The position numbers were made by a program, and so were the translations under genes. The notes beneath the pieces were generated by a model. That model was not told where the DNA came from. It made no database searches and saw only the letters and a list, made by a program, of their open reading frames with translations. This document shows, in pieces, positions 62,472 to 64,000 of a stretch of 64,000 nucleotides of DNA (positions are counted from its first letter, which is position 1; the number at the start of each line of letters is the position of its first letter). The DNA lies in NCBI RefSeq assembly GCF_963921235.1, contig NC_086108.1, forward strand, positions 107,200,001 through 107,264,000, in the 5' to 3' direction. The DNA is from Mobula hypostoma. Lineage: Eukaryota.

Positions 62472-64000
62472 ATACATCTACTGAAGCCTCTGGGCACACC
62501 TTCACTGATGTTCCTGGAATCATCGGGTGTTTTGGGTCTTTCAACATCATATCCCCTCCTCCAGGTGACCCAGCCGGGGCTGATCAGACCCCAGCTTGTG
62601 TCCAGATGGCTAGCTACTTATGACTCCATGGCTCCCCTCTTCTGAGCCACAGCCATCTTGAGGCCCTCTCTGCCACATCGGTGGTACTGTGGATGGCTCT
62701 CCTTTTCCTCTCTCCCTCGATGCCCAAAATGCTGAAGGCTCTAACTAAAGAACGGGCTACGAATCCCCTACAACCACCCTCCACTGGAAGACACCTCGCT
62801 CTCCCTCCAGCCTGCTGACAGTTGCTGACCAGTCCTGCGTACTTGGAGAGCTTCCTTTCAAAGGCCTCTTCCAAGCTATCTTCCCATGGGACTGTCAGCT
62901 CCAGCAGCACCACTTGCTTAGTAGACTCAGACACTAGGACAATGTCTGGTCGCAGGGTGGTGGCTGCGATATGGTTGGGGAACTTCAGCTGCCATTAGAG
63001 GTCCAGCAACAGCTGCCAGTCCCTTGCAGAGGTCAGGATGCCAGCAGATGTTCTTTTGGCAGGTATTGGCTGCTCCCCAGCTCTGACAAAGGCAATGGTC
63101 TGCTTGGGGGGTTGGGACTGCTTCACCCACTCAACTCCTGCACTGACAGCTTCAGTGATGGTCTTCAGGACCTGATCATGCCTCCACCTGTACCGTCCCT
63201 CACCAAGTGCCCTTGCACAGCCGCTGAGGATGTGCTCCAGGGTTCCTCGCTTGGAGCACAGTGGGCACGCAGATGACTCTGCCTTGCCCCATGTATGCAG
63301 GTTTGATGGGCTTGGAAGCACATCGTACACTGCCTGGATGAGAAATTGGATGCGGTGTGGTTCAGCTTTCCAAAGATCAGCCCAGGTCACTTTCCTCTCA
63401 ACCACGTTCTCCCATCTTGTCCAAGCTCCCTGTTGCTTCATTCCCACCGCCTTGCAGGCTCTCATCTCCTCCACTACTGCTCTCACCTCCTCCTGAACTA
63501 GACGACGCCTTTCCTTCCCTCTGTTGTCCATTTGGGGAGTTGGAAAGGATCCTAGCCCAGCTCGGCCTCTTGTGACCACTCCCACCAGCCTTCTGTGACG
63601 CAGCCTCGCCTCTGCCTCCTGAACAGCTTCCTCTGCCCTCCACTTCCTGCCAGTCCTTACTTGGATCCCTGCTCTAGCCACCTTCGGGTCACTTGAGTCC
63701 CTATACTGTAGCACTTCTCTGGCTCTTGTTACCTTGAATTCTTCCTCCAAGGATTTGAAGGGCAGTTGCAGTTTGTTGTGGTGTCCATAGAGTGCGATGG
63801 TGCTCAGGCTCTTTGGCAGCCCCAGCCATCTCCTGAGGTGGTTGCTGACCCTCCTCTCTAAGGTTTCGACTCTCAAGATCGGAACTGCATAGACAAGGAG
63901 GGGCCACAAGATTCGGGGAAGAATGCCATGAACTTTGTGGGTAGGCCAGACTTGTCCACTGATTTCAGCCAGCCACCCAACTCGGTGCAGGTTGCCTGAG
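62472..64000 (-). mobile_element. HERO-clade non-LTR retrotransposon with restriction-like endonuclease (RLE), 3' part, running off the window
   Basis: LRRWLGLP, VRTGRKW, QQGAW, IQAVYDVLPSPSNL, CCHC knuckle CPLC-x6-EHILSGC, YRWRHDQVL, then after one in-frame TAA (62995) TLRPDIVL..LLELTVPWE..ERKLSKY..VEGGCRGF. Confidence 0.88.

Overview
Vertebrate nuclear DNA, very probably from a cartilaginous fish (shark or ray), judged from the repeat content: abundant CR1 LINEs, HE1/V-SINE-type SINEs, Rex1/Babar, RTE and Penelope-like elements (PLEs). Most of the window is nested, mostly decayed transposon sequence, and nearly every ORF in the track is an RT/endonuclease fragment or noise. No host gene can be named. 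The only host-like coding candidate is a 114-nt CpG-rich, phase-0 exon at 17017-17130 (+). Several TE-free AT-rich blocks look like conserved non-coding elements, which would fit a large intron or gene desert. Main observations: (1) the PLE 3' ends carry minimal hammerhead ribozymes, three with intact cores; (2) a 459-bp inverted duplication (9837-10295 / 11019-11477) has junctions that reconstruct as a tandem duplication followed by an inversion, with PLE ends attached on opposite strands at one staggered site; (3) back-to-back PLE tail pairs occur, one with a single 13-bp TSD; (4) a HERO-clade RLE retrotransposon has a highly structured 3' UTR; (5) non-autonomous RTE elements keep a folded 5' leader. 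Repeat boundaries were read by eye and are approximate unless a TSD or TIR is quoted. Family names come from recognised motifs, not from a database search.
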